Below, piece by piece: positions 53,398-64,000 of a DNA stretch of 64,000 nucleotides (positions are counted from its first letter, which is position 1; each line of letters starts with the position of its first letter). This DNA is from Octopus sinensis (Eukaryota). The stretch lies in the NCBI RefSeq assembly GCF_006345805.1, contig NC_043002.1, positions 72,044,001-72,108,000 on the forward strand. The letters are read 5' to 3'. A program made the translations under genes and the position numbers. Under the pieces are notes generated by a model. It ran no database searches. It was not told where the DNA came from and was given only the letters and a program-made list of their open reading frames with translations.

Positions 53398-54715
53398 TAC
53401 GTCGGGCTTCTTTCAGTTCCCGACTACCAAATCCACTCACAAGGCGTTGATCAGCTCTAAGCTATAGTAGAAGACACTTGCCCAAGGTGCCACGCAGTGA
53501 GACTGAACCCAGCACCATGTGGTTGGTAAGCATATATGTATCGTCAGGTGTGTATATGTATTTATATGTAACAGTTTGTCTCAGCCATATTCATCTTATA
53601 CTTTCGTAGGCTCATAGAACGAACCTCTTTCATCATGCATGTAGAGGATGTGTGTATGTGTATGTATGTATATATGTTAGTGTGTTTGTGTTTGAGTGTG
53701 AGTGTGTGTGCGCGCGCGCATTGAAAAACAGGTAACTCTACCTATTGATAAATCGATGGATACATACGAATGCATCTATACGAGCGCAGTTTAGTGGAAA
53801 CGTGTGGTTCACCAACCTTCTCCGACCCGCTTCATTTAGTGGCCCTAAAGTATGTTAATACATCTATTTCTTTCTGTTTTATGTGAATACCCTGGAGAGA
53901 AGGCCCATGTCTATGGTTTTCACAGGCCTTTTAAGACCGGTGGAAAATGGTGCGGCTTATGTTCATCTCGAATATAACTATATGTTTTTCTAATTCGTTG
54001 TCAAGACCAAATAACTGTTTCCTTCGTGACAACTTTTACACTTGTTTATGTAGTTACCAGTCAACATTACTATATTTCATCTTCCGTAAGCTAAAATCTC
54101 ATATGATACAATTTTCCACTTGCGCTGGTTTTTGTGTGTTTTTCTCTCAACCTATGATTACAGTTTTCATTTCAGCTCTCTAATATCCTGGAGCATATTT
54201 GTGAGCTTCCAGAAACCATATATCTGATTATGTAACCGTTTTGTTCATCACGTATGGCGCATTATATTGATCGATACTTTCTTATCATAAGATTTGAACA
54301 GAACTTTACAATCTAATTTAGTTAGTAATCAAACAGGATTGATAGTTGTACAGATAATGGCATATGATTATATGTTATTTCTGTTTATCTGTATCAAGAT
54401 ATTTGCCTCAAAGAATTTTGTTTCCTAAGGAGAAATCACTTATTTTTAATATCAAACTTTGTTTTGAATATGTAAATGTTTGTATTAAATTTGAATGGAA
54501 TTTTCCTCAACAGCTGCTCTTCGTTGCAAATGAGTTTTCCGTTTACATATTTATCTTATAATCTGACTAGCTGGAGATCTCGAAAATATTTCTTGATTTT
54601 ACCATTCCTTCTGTATTTACTTTGCCTTACGCAATAGTTAACTGACTTTTCTTGGCATCAATGAATCCATCTTTTAAAAAACTATATTACAATCAAATTT
54701 CATTATTATGTATTC

Positions 54716-55720
54716 GTTGAAGGCGGAGAAATGGCAGATTCGTCAGCACACAGGGCAAGATACTTAGTGACATTCCGTCAGTCTTTAAGATTTGAGTTCA
54801 AATTCCGCTGTAGTAGACTTTGCCTTCTATCCTCTTGCGATCGATAAAATACGTTTCACTTATTCACTGAAATCGGTGTATTTTCAGGCTTTGTGCCAAA
54901 ATCAAAAACCGTTGCTGCGTATTCGTTGGGCCGAGAGTTGTTCGGATCGTTGAAACGTCAGACAAAATGCCTGGTGGTATTTCTTCCGACTCACTACGTT
55001 CTGAGTTCAAATTCCACCGAACTTGACTTTGCCTTTCATCATTTCGGAGTTTATTTAAAAAGTATCAATTCAGTGCCGGAGTTAATGCAATCGACTTTCC
55101 ACTCTTCGAAAGAATGCTAGTCTCCGGCCATGATTAAAAAGATAAAAAGAATTATCATATATTCGTAGGGCAGAATATCGTTAGAACGTCGGGAAAGGTG
55201 CTTTGCAAATTTCTTCCGCCTTAACCCTTTGAGCCCGTAACACCGGTTTACTGGTGGATGGCTTATTCTTCTCTATACCGTAGCACCGGTGGAGTGCCAG
55301 GCATGTGGTAAAATAAGGTTCAGGAGGTTAGGGGTCAAAGGGTTAAGGCGGTTTGATGGCATAGTCGTTAGCACACCGAGCAAAACGCTTAGGGCATTTC
55401 GACCATCTTTATGTTCTGAGTTCAAATTCCGCTGAGATCGCTTTTACCTTTCATCCTTTCACGGTGGTGGTGGGAGGAGGTTAATAAAAGAAGTACCAAT
55501 TGTACACTGGGATCGAGATAATCGACTTACCCCCAACCCCAAAGATTGTTGGCCTTGTGCCAAAATTTGAAACCAGTATTTCTTCTGCTTTTGTACACTC
55601 TGAGTTCAAATCCCACCAAGGATAATATAATAAAATATAACACCAGTCAAATATTAGGGTTGACGTTAGTGACTTACCCTTTACGCTCAAAATTGCAGGC
55701 CTTCAGCCTAAATTAAGAAC
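54716..55720 (+). mobile_element. Cluster of about 5 diverged SINE family B copies
   Basis: Repeated GAGTTCAAATTCC and GCCTTGTGCC motifs at about 54800, 55005, 55420 and 55605. Confidence 0.75.
55225..55342. mobile_element. 118-bp piggyBac-type MITE
   Basis: TTAA|CCCTTTGAGCCC...GGGGTCAAAGGG|TTAA. Confidence 0.8.
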
Positions 55721-56082
55721 CATTAACCGTAGTAGGAATATACGGTTTTCTTTTTTTTTTTGTATCTCCAAGATTATGTTATTAATTACGTTACCATAAA
55801 TATATTTTCATGAAAGAATAACCACAAGTGCAAAAGATAATGCCGGTAAAACAGCATATCTTTTCATGGAATGCGAACCAAGTAACTTCATTTTAAAATA
55901 TCTCTACCTACCAAAAATATGCAGTCTAATTATGTTATACAGTAATCCCTCGACTATCGCGGGTGTTACGTTCCAACACCCCTTGTGACAGGTGAAAATC
56001 CGCGAAGTAGAAACAGCACTGTACTGTATATCTTTTGTATTATTTTTATAACAGGAGTGGCAGCGTGGTAAGTAGCTTGCTT

Positions 56083-57489
56083 ACGCGCATTGTCGGTTTA
56101 TTCGCTGTGCTGATTTTTGATGAGCCGGACGGAATTTTTTGAGCTGCTTGTCAGCGGATTGTCGGTGAGTGTTGTACCAGTGGAAAGGAATGTATTCGGA
56201 CCTTAACGAGTATGAACTATCCTCAGCAAAGGAGGAGCTCGTTAAGGCGGTAAACAGAATAGACGAGTATTTGGAAAAAGTAAAGAGTTTTGTTGAGGCT
56301 GCAGGGAAGTAGATCTAACCGGACTGAAGGAGCTGTGTAAAATGACACAGAAGGTGGGCAGTGATGTAAAGTTATTATCCCCGAAAAAGGTTATAGTAAA
56401 TATGGAAAAGAAGACCATCACCTACAAGGTACACTCCTTGGAGAATAAGCGGTTTGAACAGGTGGAAACGGAAAAAATAGAAAAGGCACTGAGGAGATGA
56501 AACAATCGAGCCAAATTACGTATATAACAAGAGGAAGTAAATACGGTTGTCCAGTTTAGGACAGTGGAAGAGGCGAGGAGGCTGGCGAGTGTAGCGGTGA
56601 GGACGGAGGAAGTAGTGCTTCTGCCCACGTATCTTGGAAGAAAGACTTCCAAGGTGAGGGTAGAAGCTAATCCACCGGATATAGAAATGGCTTGGGTAGC
56701 GGTAGCTGTCCTTGTTGGAAGCGAAGAGAAGGTGGCTGTCCTCCAAGCCACAGAAACAGGAGAAGGAGGGTGGAAAGGAAGGACATTGCAACTAATTATT
56801 CAGGCGGAGAAAGGTCAATTGGAGAACTTGGCAGAGACAGTGACGTTGGCGGAAATCGTGCTGAGGTTGTGGGTAGGACAATGGCTGAGGATATAGTTGT
56901 GGAGATAGAAGAGAAAAGAGAGAAAGAAAAAATAGACGGAGGAAACTAGAAAAAGGAGAAAGAATGGAAAGTTACAGAGAGCAGGAGGAGAAAGAGGAAA
57001 AAAGAAATCTCACTGAGTATGATGTGGTACCCCAGTCCAGCTCCATCCCACCCAAGACCACTCAGACCCATCCTCCCCATACAGACACCAAACCCACCCA
57101 CCCCATTTCCCCACAAGAGAAAAAGAAAAAGAAAGAACAGACACCACAAAATGTAGAAGACCCCCTCCCGGTGAAAAATGTTACGAATGCAAGGCGGAGA
57201 GAATGTTGTCACTAAGTGATGGAGAAAGGAGTAAAATGATTGGACTGAAAGCGAAAAAGGACTTAGGACCCAGAGGCGGCGAGTGGCATTACTCAGTGTG
57301 AGGTGAACAGCACACTCTTCATAATATCATTTTCAGATATCATTCATATTATCATATTTTAATTTGTTCATGTTCATTTTCATGTATCATTCATTATATA
57401 TTTTTTTATATTTTTAATTGTTATATTTCTCCACATGTGTTGTAGCGTCCCCCTCGATGTAATGTCTTTATGACAAAATCATTGAAATA
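56083..57489 (+). mobile_element. ORF1-only L1/Tx1-like retroelement (element A)
   Basis: Flanked by AAGTAGCTTGCTT at 56070-56082 and 57490-57502. The ORF1 relic is clearly alignable to element C. The 3' end is GTAATGTCTTTATGACAAAATCATTGAAATA. Confidence 0.88.
56342..57215 (+). pseudogene. ORF1p relic of element A (stops; CCHC region missing)
   Basis: EKIEKALRR...VVQFRTVEEARRLASVAVRTEEVVLLPTYLGRKTSKVRVEANPP...LRLWVG aligns with element C EWIEEALRR...VVHFKSETAARRMAVKAVKSERVTLLPMYLNRRITRVRVEGVPP...MRVWVEG. Confidence 0.85.
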
Positions 57490-57502
57490 AAGTAGCTTGC
57501 TT

Positions 57503-59508
57503 ACGCATGCGTGTTTGTTAGTTGCTTATTGGATTGAAAACTGTCAAGACGTGAGTTGGTGGCCGTCTTGAATGGAAAAAACTGTTGAAGAGGCGCCACT
57601 GCAAGGTAGGCCCTTGTTTTTTGGGGTTTTTTTAAGGGACTCAATGGGGGATTTGTTGTATGACATTGTTTGTCCTTTTTTCATATAAGAAATCCTCATT
57701 GGGTCTCGAACATTTGTCTGCTGCAGTCGCGCTGAGTAACTCACTTAGCGGTGAGAATTGTTTTGTTTTGGTGGGCGTGTCTGGCTACCAAAATTTGAAA
57801 AGTTCATAAAAATTCGACCCATTCGTGGAGGAATTTTTTTGTCTGCTACGGTGAACTGGAGTACCTGTGTGAAGCAATATTTTTGAGGATTACCTGTGGA
57901 TTATTTACGGATTACCTTTCTTTGTTTCTTTGGACTTTATTTGAATATTTTGAACTTTTTTTAACCGTTTCCTGTGTTTTTTTCAAAGCATGGCAAAAAA
58001 TAAAAACACTGTCTTGGAGTGGGAAATTGTGCCCTCCCCCCACAAGCAGCGGGTAAAGGACTTTAATGAGAGAACGATGGTGCTGAGGACATATTCCAAG
58101 TCCCTCGACACCAACACTGTGTTCTCTCAAGTAGATATTGAAAAGGAGTTGGCAAAATATCTGCCAACCATCAAGTTTATTGCAAGGAGTGTCAAATATG
58201 CAACAGGGTGGTTGCTATTTGATACCCCTAAGGAGGCTCGCATTTTTGCGAGCCAGCCCCTGGAAGGAGAGAAATTTCTGTTTCTGCCTACATATCGTGG
58301 AAGGAAATTGACAAGAGCTTGGGTGTGTGGGCTGCCACCCGCAATAGAGTCTGAGTAGATAGAGGACACTATCCGCCGTGGTCTGGGTGGCAGCGGAGAC
58401 AAGCTCTTAAATGTTAAAATGATGCCTGCGGCTGATTAGGTGGGGTCAAAGGCAGTTTTGACTCTGTGGACCCAATCAGCCGATGATCTGGTGTTCCCAT
58501 ATTTTTTGAGGATGGCTGGGTCCAGGTATCCGGTGATTCTTGAGGGACTCCCCCCCCCCAGTGTCATCAGTGCCTGGAGCCTGGCCACATTAAGAAGAAC
58601 TGTCCCAAGGACCAGAGCAGGGTAGTGCAGAAGTTAGTTGAGGAAGAACCCCCTCCCCCTTCTCCTCTGGAAGGAGAGATGGAAGAGGAGGGAGTGAACT
58701 CCTCCGAAAAAAAGGGGAGAAAAGGGAAGAAGTGGAGCAACAATGGTTGCACTCCGAGGGATCCAAAAGGTTGCGGGAGGAAGCGAGGCTCCCGCGGATA
58801 TGGCGAAGGAGCCAACCCCTCCCGCACCAAAGATAAAAGAGAAAAAGAAAAAATGAATGGGACAGTGCCGGAGGTGTGCAGTGTACTGCCGGCATGTCCC
58901 GAGGCCTCTTCGGTGGGAATCGTGCCACCGACAGAGGAAGCTGTGGCCCTTTCCAGTGAAAGTAAAGAATATGTGGCATTCTATCTTAGGGGAGGGGTTG
59001 TTGACAACTTTGTTGAGAGTTGTCTTGATAGTCAGAACCTGATGGACTCGGCCTGTACTGATTACCAGCATTGGCTGTCGCATGTGGCGGCGCTGGTGGT
59101 GAAAGAGAGTTCTTTCGAATAGTGGAGTCCTGGTCGAAGGAAGATTACAATTATATCTTTTGGTGCCCGACTTGCGGCTGATGGATTGTCTGCGGGCGAC
59201 AAGAGAATTGATAGGTGATGGTTGAAGAGACTTTGTGTCTCAGTCTGTGTAAGAGGTTTATTGCCTCATTTTTGTGTATTCTATTTTGTAGAAAGACAAA
59301 AAGAAAATTTGGAATAAACCAAAGTAAAAGTTTTAATACCTCATTTTGTTTTGTTTTGTAAAAAATAATGCATTAGAGAAGCAAATAATCGGCGGGCATT
59401 TTTTGTCTTCTCCCATCAATACCATTTTTCATCATTCATCTCATTAAAGTTTCTGTCCAGCCAGCAAGCTACTCTTTGTAATGCCATTATGGCAAATTTT
59501 ATGAAATA
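57503..59508 (+). mobile_element. ORF1-only L1/Tx1-like retroelement (element B)
   Basis: Flanked by AAGTAGCTTGCTT at 57490-57502 and 59509-59521. The 3' end is GTAATGCCATTATGGCAAATTTTATGAAATA. No EN/RT motifs. Confidence 0.88.
57990..59122 (+). pseudogene. ORF1p relic of element B with CCHC knuckle (2 stops, 1 frameshift)
   Basis: FLFLPTYRGRKLTRAWVCGLPP...VILEGLPP / CHQCLEPGHIKKNC (CX2CX4HX4C) across the poly-C at about 58550-58559. Confidence 0.85.
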
Positions 59509-60059
59509 AAGTAGCTTGCTTGTCAACCACATGGTTACGGGTTCAGTCCTACTGTGTGGGACCTTGGGCAAGAGTCTTCTACTATAGCCTTTAGCCGACT
59601 AAAGCCTTGAGAGTGAATTTCGTAGACGGAAACTGAAAGAAGCCCGTCGTATACATATGTATATGTTTGTGTGTCTGTGTTTGCCCCCCTCCCCTCCGCC
59701 ATCGTTTGACAACCGATGATGGTGTATTTACGTCCCCGTAAGTTAGCGGTTCAGTAAAAATAACTGATCGAATAAGTACTAGGCTTACAAAGAATAGGCC
59801 ATGTGGTAGATTTGTTCGACTAAAGGCGGTGCTCCAGCATGACCGCAGTCAAATGACTGAAACAAATAAAAGAATAAAAGAAGATTTATTTTATTATAAA
59901 TGCAAAACAACACCACAAAGGAATCGACGTAAGCTTGAATAATAAACCGCGATGAGTGAACCGTGATAGGTGAATCGCGATATGGCGAGAGATTACTGTA
60001 TATGATTGAACGGAAATCCAGTTTTTTCCTTGAGACCAGAGACTCACATGGAAGGTTAA

Positions 60060-60290
60060 TCCACACCGGTATTTCACTGCTTCTTTATTTTATCGACCCA
60101 GAATGATCGAATGTATGAGAAGCAAAGTTGACGTCGGTGGGATCTAAACTCAAGGAGTAAGGAACCGGAAAAATTGTTGCAAAGCATTTTGTCCGGCGTA
60201 CAAACAATTATGCCGACATAAAGACAGATGAAATACCGCTAAGCATTTTGACAGTGTGGTAACGATTTTATCAGTTCACGGCCTTCACAG
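60060..60290 (-). mobile_element. SINE family B (diverged)
   Basis: Reverse-complement match to the family B body (TTTATCGACCC...AAAGTTGAC...AAGCATTTTGTCCGGCG). Confidence 0.65.
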
Positions 60291-61059
60291 AATTCATAAC
60301 CTTTATTTTTAAAAATTGTTTGCTATTACGACTTAGCTACTACGCATTCAAATTTTAAGTTAATAGAGTTGACATAGCTCTCTTATATACAGAGTAACAA
60401 GCTTTAAGATTCCTCCCGTAATGAATAAGCTTTATTAATTTTCATTTTTTTTTTTTAGATAGTCATCGAAATATTCAATATTAAAAAATTTTCAAACGGC
60501 CATAAATAATCAAATATTCTGCCTGTTCTACAATATAGGACGGGTGGAATATTTTTACTTCATTTAAAATATTATGCGAATCATACCTTGAAAGATATTT
60601 CACACCGGTCATTGTTACTTTACTCGTAAGCTGCCTTTTAATTAACATTTTTATTCACCAATATACAATCCAACAAATATGAACAACATGTTCTATGCTC
60701 TCGTTATATTGATTTCTTTCCAATTCAACACGGGGAAATATTCTCATTCTCCATGCTTCGATAAACAGGCTCTGCTCGGGTATCTCAATAGCTGCATTTT
60801 CAGATTCATATGATCAGTAATCCCTGACTACATGTTAAAATTCTCTGACGCAATCTCTCTGCTACCAACACACACATTGTTTGACATTTAAACAGACTAA
60901 CTTTTCGGTATACAGTCAAATGTATGCTGATTAATTTTAGCAACAAATACGTTTCTTTTCAATGCCTATTCAATACAACCAGCAATTCTCAAGTAAAAAC
61001 ACATGGAAACGTGTTACGGCACCGAAGGTATAACAGACAGATTATATTGGTTTTGAATT

Positions 61060-61262
61060 TTGGCACAACGCCAGCACTTAAGGAAAGGGGTTTTGTCGAT
61101 TACATCGACCCCAGTACTCAACTGGTACTTAATGTATCGATCCCGAAAGAATAAAAAACAAAGTTGACCTCAGCAGAATTTGAACTCAGAATGTAAAGTC
61201 GGATGAAATGCCACTAAGCATTTTGCCCGGTGCGGTGACGACTATGCCAGCACGCCGCCTTC
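61060..61262 (-). mobile_element. SINE family B
   Basis: TTTTGGCACAACGCC...TCGACCCCAGTACTCAACTGGTACTT...GAATTTGAACTCAGAATG...CTGCCAGCACGCCGCCTT-like end. Confidence 0.8.
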
Positions 61263-62125
61263 ACAATATACATATATAGGTTCAATTTTTGGCACAAAGC
61301 CAGTAATTTCGGAGAGAGATTAAATCGATTACATCGACCCCAGTGCTAGTAATTTCGGAGAGGGGTTAAATATATATATATATATATATATAATTGCTGT
61401 TCGCTACGTCTACGGCGAGATGGGACATTAGTAAAGTGCATATTTCTTCTTTACGCATCAAGCAGGTTCACACGCAAAATATGCTGGCCGCTGACATGTA
61501 TGTCTTAGAACGATAACTTCTACAGTACTCACTGTTGTCTAAAAGGGAAAAGTTATTCTCCTATGATACGCACTAAAATACCCAGCATATTTTGTGGTTG
61601 AACCTGACTAGACATGTTAAGATATACATAAGAACAGATATAAATATACATAAGAATAGATATACATATACATGTTTGAGTATGTCTCTGTCTGTGTCTC
61701 TGTGTGTTTGTATGTGTGTGTGTGTGGCACTTACGTTTTACTTGGAAAAACATACCTATAGCATTCTGAAATTCACCCGGTCAATTTGTTGTTCTGCAGA
61801 TTTTCACGCTTTCTCGAGAAAATCGAAAATGTACTAAAACTACACACAAAGGAATGTTAGAAATATCTTATTACATGAGAACCATATATATATATTTCAC
61901 AAAACTAATACTGCATCACAAAGACTTCTTAATATTAGGAAATACTTCAGTTTTAAACTGATGTTAGCTTTTTGTTTCAATGATGTATCATTTACTTTGG
62001 ATGGCTAAATTATGGCAACCATAGTGGATTTAATTATTTTTCCTGAATTTTCACATTTGAACACTTTGATTACAACAGAATATTGACAAGTCAGCATGAC
62101 AGACAAATTAAACCATATTTGTGTT

Positions 62126-62191
<66 letters not shown>

Positions 62192-63849
62192 ATATGCGAT
62201 AGCTGTTAATGAGTGTCTCCATACAAGTGGTGTTGTTTGTTTTCATTACTCTGGGAAATGATCACCCAGCTTGGGAATAGATGAGGGCAAAAGGAATGGC
62301 ATTTGACTGTAGAAAAATTTGTCTCAACAAATCTATTTGGCCCATGTAAATACAGAAAGGAAATGAACGTTTAAATGATGATGATGATGATGAATGAAGA
62401 AAGAGATGTGAAAATATATTTTTTGGACTGACACTTTCTAGTATGAATAACACATTGCAATTTTTCTCTACATTTTTGCACAAACACAAACTATTTGTAT
62501 TGGGTAAAGATTTAATCAACTGAAAGACAATTATTAACAATGAAGGAACAAAACCATTGATATTCTATAGTAAATTGGAGTCAGATTTGAGGAATATCTA
62601 CGGTACTTATTTTTGTTGTCAGCTAAAATAAACTTGATACACCCAAAGTTATTTTTAGACTTTGTGTTGAGTAATTTGTCTCTTTTTTTTCTCCGGAGTT
62701 ATTACATTATTGTGAAGGTTCATAGCCTAGCGGTTCAAGTGTTTCCGCAAGATCGTAGTTTCAAGTTTCTGACCAGCCCGTGCGTTGTGTTTTTCAGCAA
62801 AATGCTTCATTTCACGTTACACAAGTCCACTCTACTGCAAATGACACACCTTACGAAGAACTAGCCTCATGATGAGGGGAAATGTTATAATCCCGGTCGC
62901 TTATATGCCATGAAAACTGAGTAACCGACCCTATGAGTTCTAGGCCTTTAGAGAGTAATGTCCAGGGAATTTACTTTACCTATGACATCACTATAAACCC
63001 TTCCCAGGTATCTATTCCTAATATTATATTAAGATATTCAAAATAAATATTAACATATTAATTTCATCCAGTTTTTTTTTCTCCATATTTAAGTTTGAAA
63101 AAGTAAAATTAATAAATAAAATCCTTTAGATGTTTTGCAAACAACTTGCATATGCAAGTGCTACCAGTCTAAAGCTCCACACACCGGAAGCCAGTAAGCG
63201 TATGGTGTCATCAGGAGAGAATGCGCGCCGTTTCGGGGCCTACCTCTCGACGGCATCATTGCGCACCGGCCCCCATACTGATATGAGGCCCCGCTTGCTA
63301 GATCAACAGTTTGTCAAATAAAGCTTAATATTCTTCTAGCCATCGCTCATCGTCTCTTTTTAACCAGATCCAGTGGCTAGCCTTATACATTTGTATTTGT
63401 CTTGCAGAGTTCATGATGTAATTCCTGCATTGAAACAGAATTTTGCTAAATCTTGGAAGGATTGTGCCAGTAACAAACACAATCACTGGAAATTATGTTT
63501 AAATTAGTGTTATGACTCCACTCCAAAGATACAACAAAATATTTTATGCTTTTAACCAGTGGTTTTCAACCGAGGTCCACATGACACGGGGTGGGGCCCA
63601 TATAAGATTTTGCTGATAAATTTTATGTGCAATGAATTGGTCACATGTCTACAGTATACAAAATGATTTAACAATTTTTGTACGATTCATATTAATATTT
63701 AATTACAAAAATATATTGGGATTTTTTCAAGCATCGAATAGCTTTGAAGGTCCACCGAGTAAAATAGGTATCAAAAGGTTTAAAAAAAGCAACTGGCTGA
63801 GAAACATTACTTTTAACCAATAATGTTTTTTCATTTTCCGCAACTTTGA

Positions 63850-64000
63850 AGGAAGACGGTTGACTGGTACTTATTTTATTGACCCTGATTAGATAAAAGT
63901 CAAAGTTGATCGAGGCGGGATTTGAAATCAAAACGTAAAGAGCTAAATATTTAACTACAGCAAATGCATTTACCTGTCATTTTATCGAATCGTACCAACC
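63850..64000 (-). mobile_element. SINE family B, truncated by the window edge
   Basis: CTGGTACTTATTTTATTGACCC...AAAGTTGATCGAGGCGGGATTTGAA. Confidence 0.65.

Larger units (their letters stand above)
56054..59883 (+). mobile_element. SINE family A split in its tRNA-derived head by two retroelements
   Basis: Head GGAGTGGCAGCGTGGTAAGTAGCTTGCTT ends at 56082. The body resumes at 59509 (AAGTAGCTTGCTTGTCAACCACATGGTTACGGGTTCAGTCC) and runs to AAATAAAAGAATAAAAG. Confidence 0.92.
55940..59998. mobile_element. pogo/Tigger-type MITE hosting nested insertions
   Basis: TA|CAGTAATCCCTCG...CGAGAGATTACTG|TA. Confidence 0.8.

Noticed and set aside
53930-54420. Possible GIY-YIG/Penelope ORF relic (also about 44600-45000)
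   Set aside because: Only faint, frame-broken similarity; it needs tBLASTn to be claimed.
63557-63800. hAT-type MITE starting CAGTGGTTTTCAACC
   Set aside because: The right TIR is poorly matched and there is no 8-bp TSD.

Overview
AT-rich, microsatellite-dense eukaryotic non-coding DNA. The repeat families look like an Octopus genome (inferred from recognisable SINE and MITE sequences). No host protein-coding exon can be supported, and most ORFs in the supplied track are (TA)n/(TACA)n/(CA)n artefacts. The window contains tRNA-derived SINEs, mariner/Tc1, hAT, pogo and piggyBac elements, RTE/CR1 relics, a Helitron end, an intron-containing tRNA-Leu-like pseudogene and many Penelope-type foldback repeats. 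Two systems stand out. (1) Three divergent, TSD-bounded, ORF1-only (gag-like, CCHC knuckle, no EN/RT) L1/Tx1-like retroelements. Two of them sit head-to-tail at the same nucleotide of a SINE head, with the target AAGTAGCTTGCTT present three times, and they share a covarying 3' stem-loop. This suggests a SINE-targeting 'half-LINE' class. (2) Several type I hammerhead ribozyme motifs inside non-coding Penelope/retrozyme-like repeats. One is fully canonical (35676-35737), one is repeated in an 889-bp tandem, and one lies on both arms of a 225-bp foldback. All calls are by eye, with no database searches or folding software.
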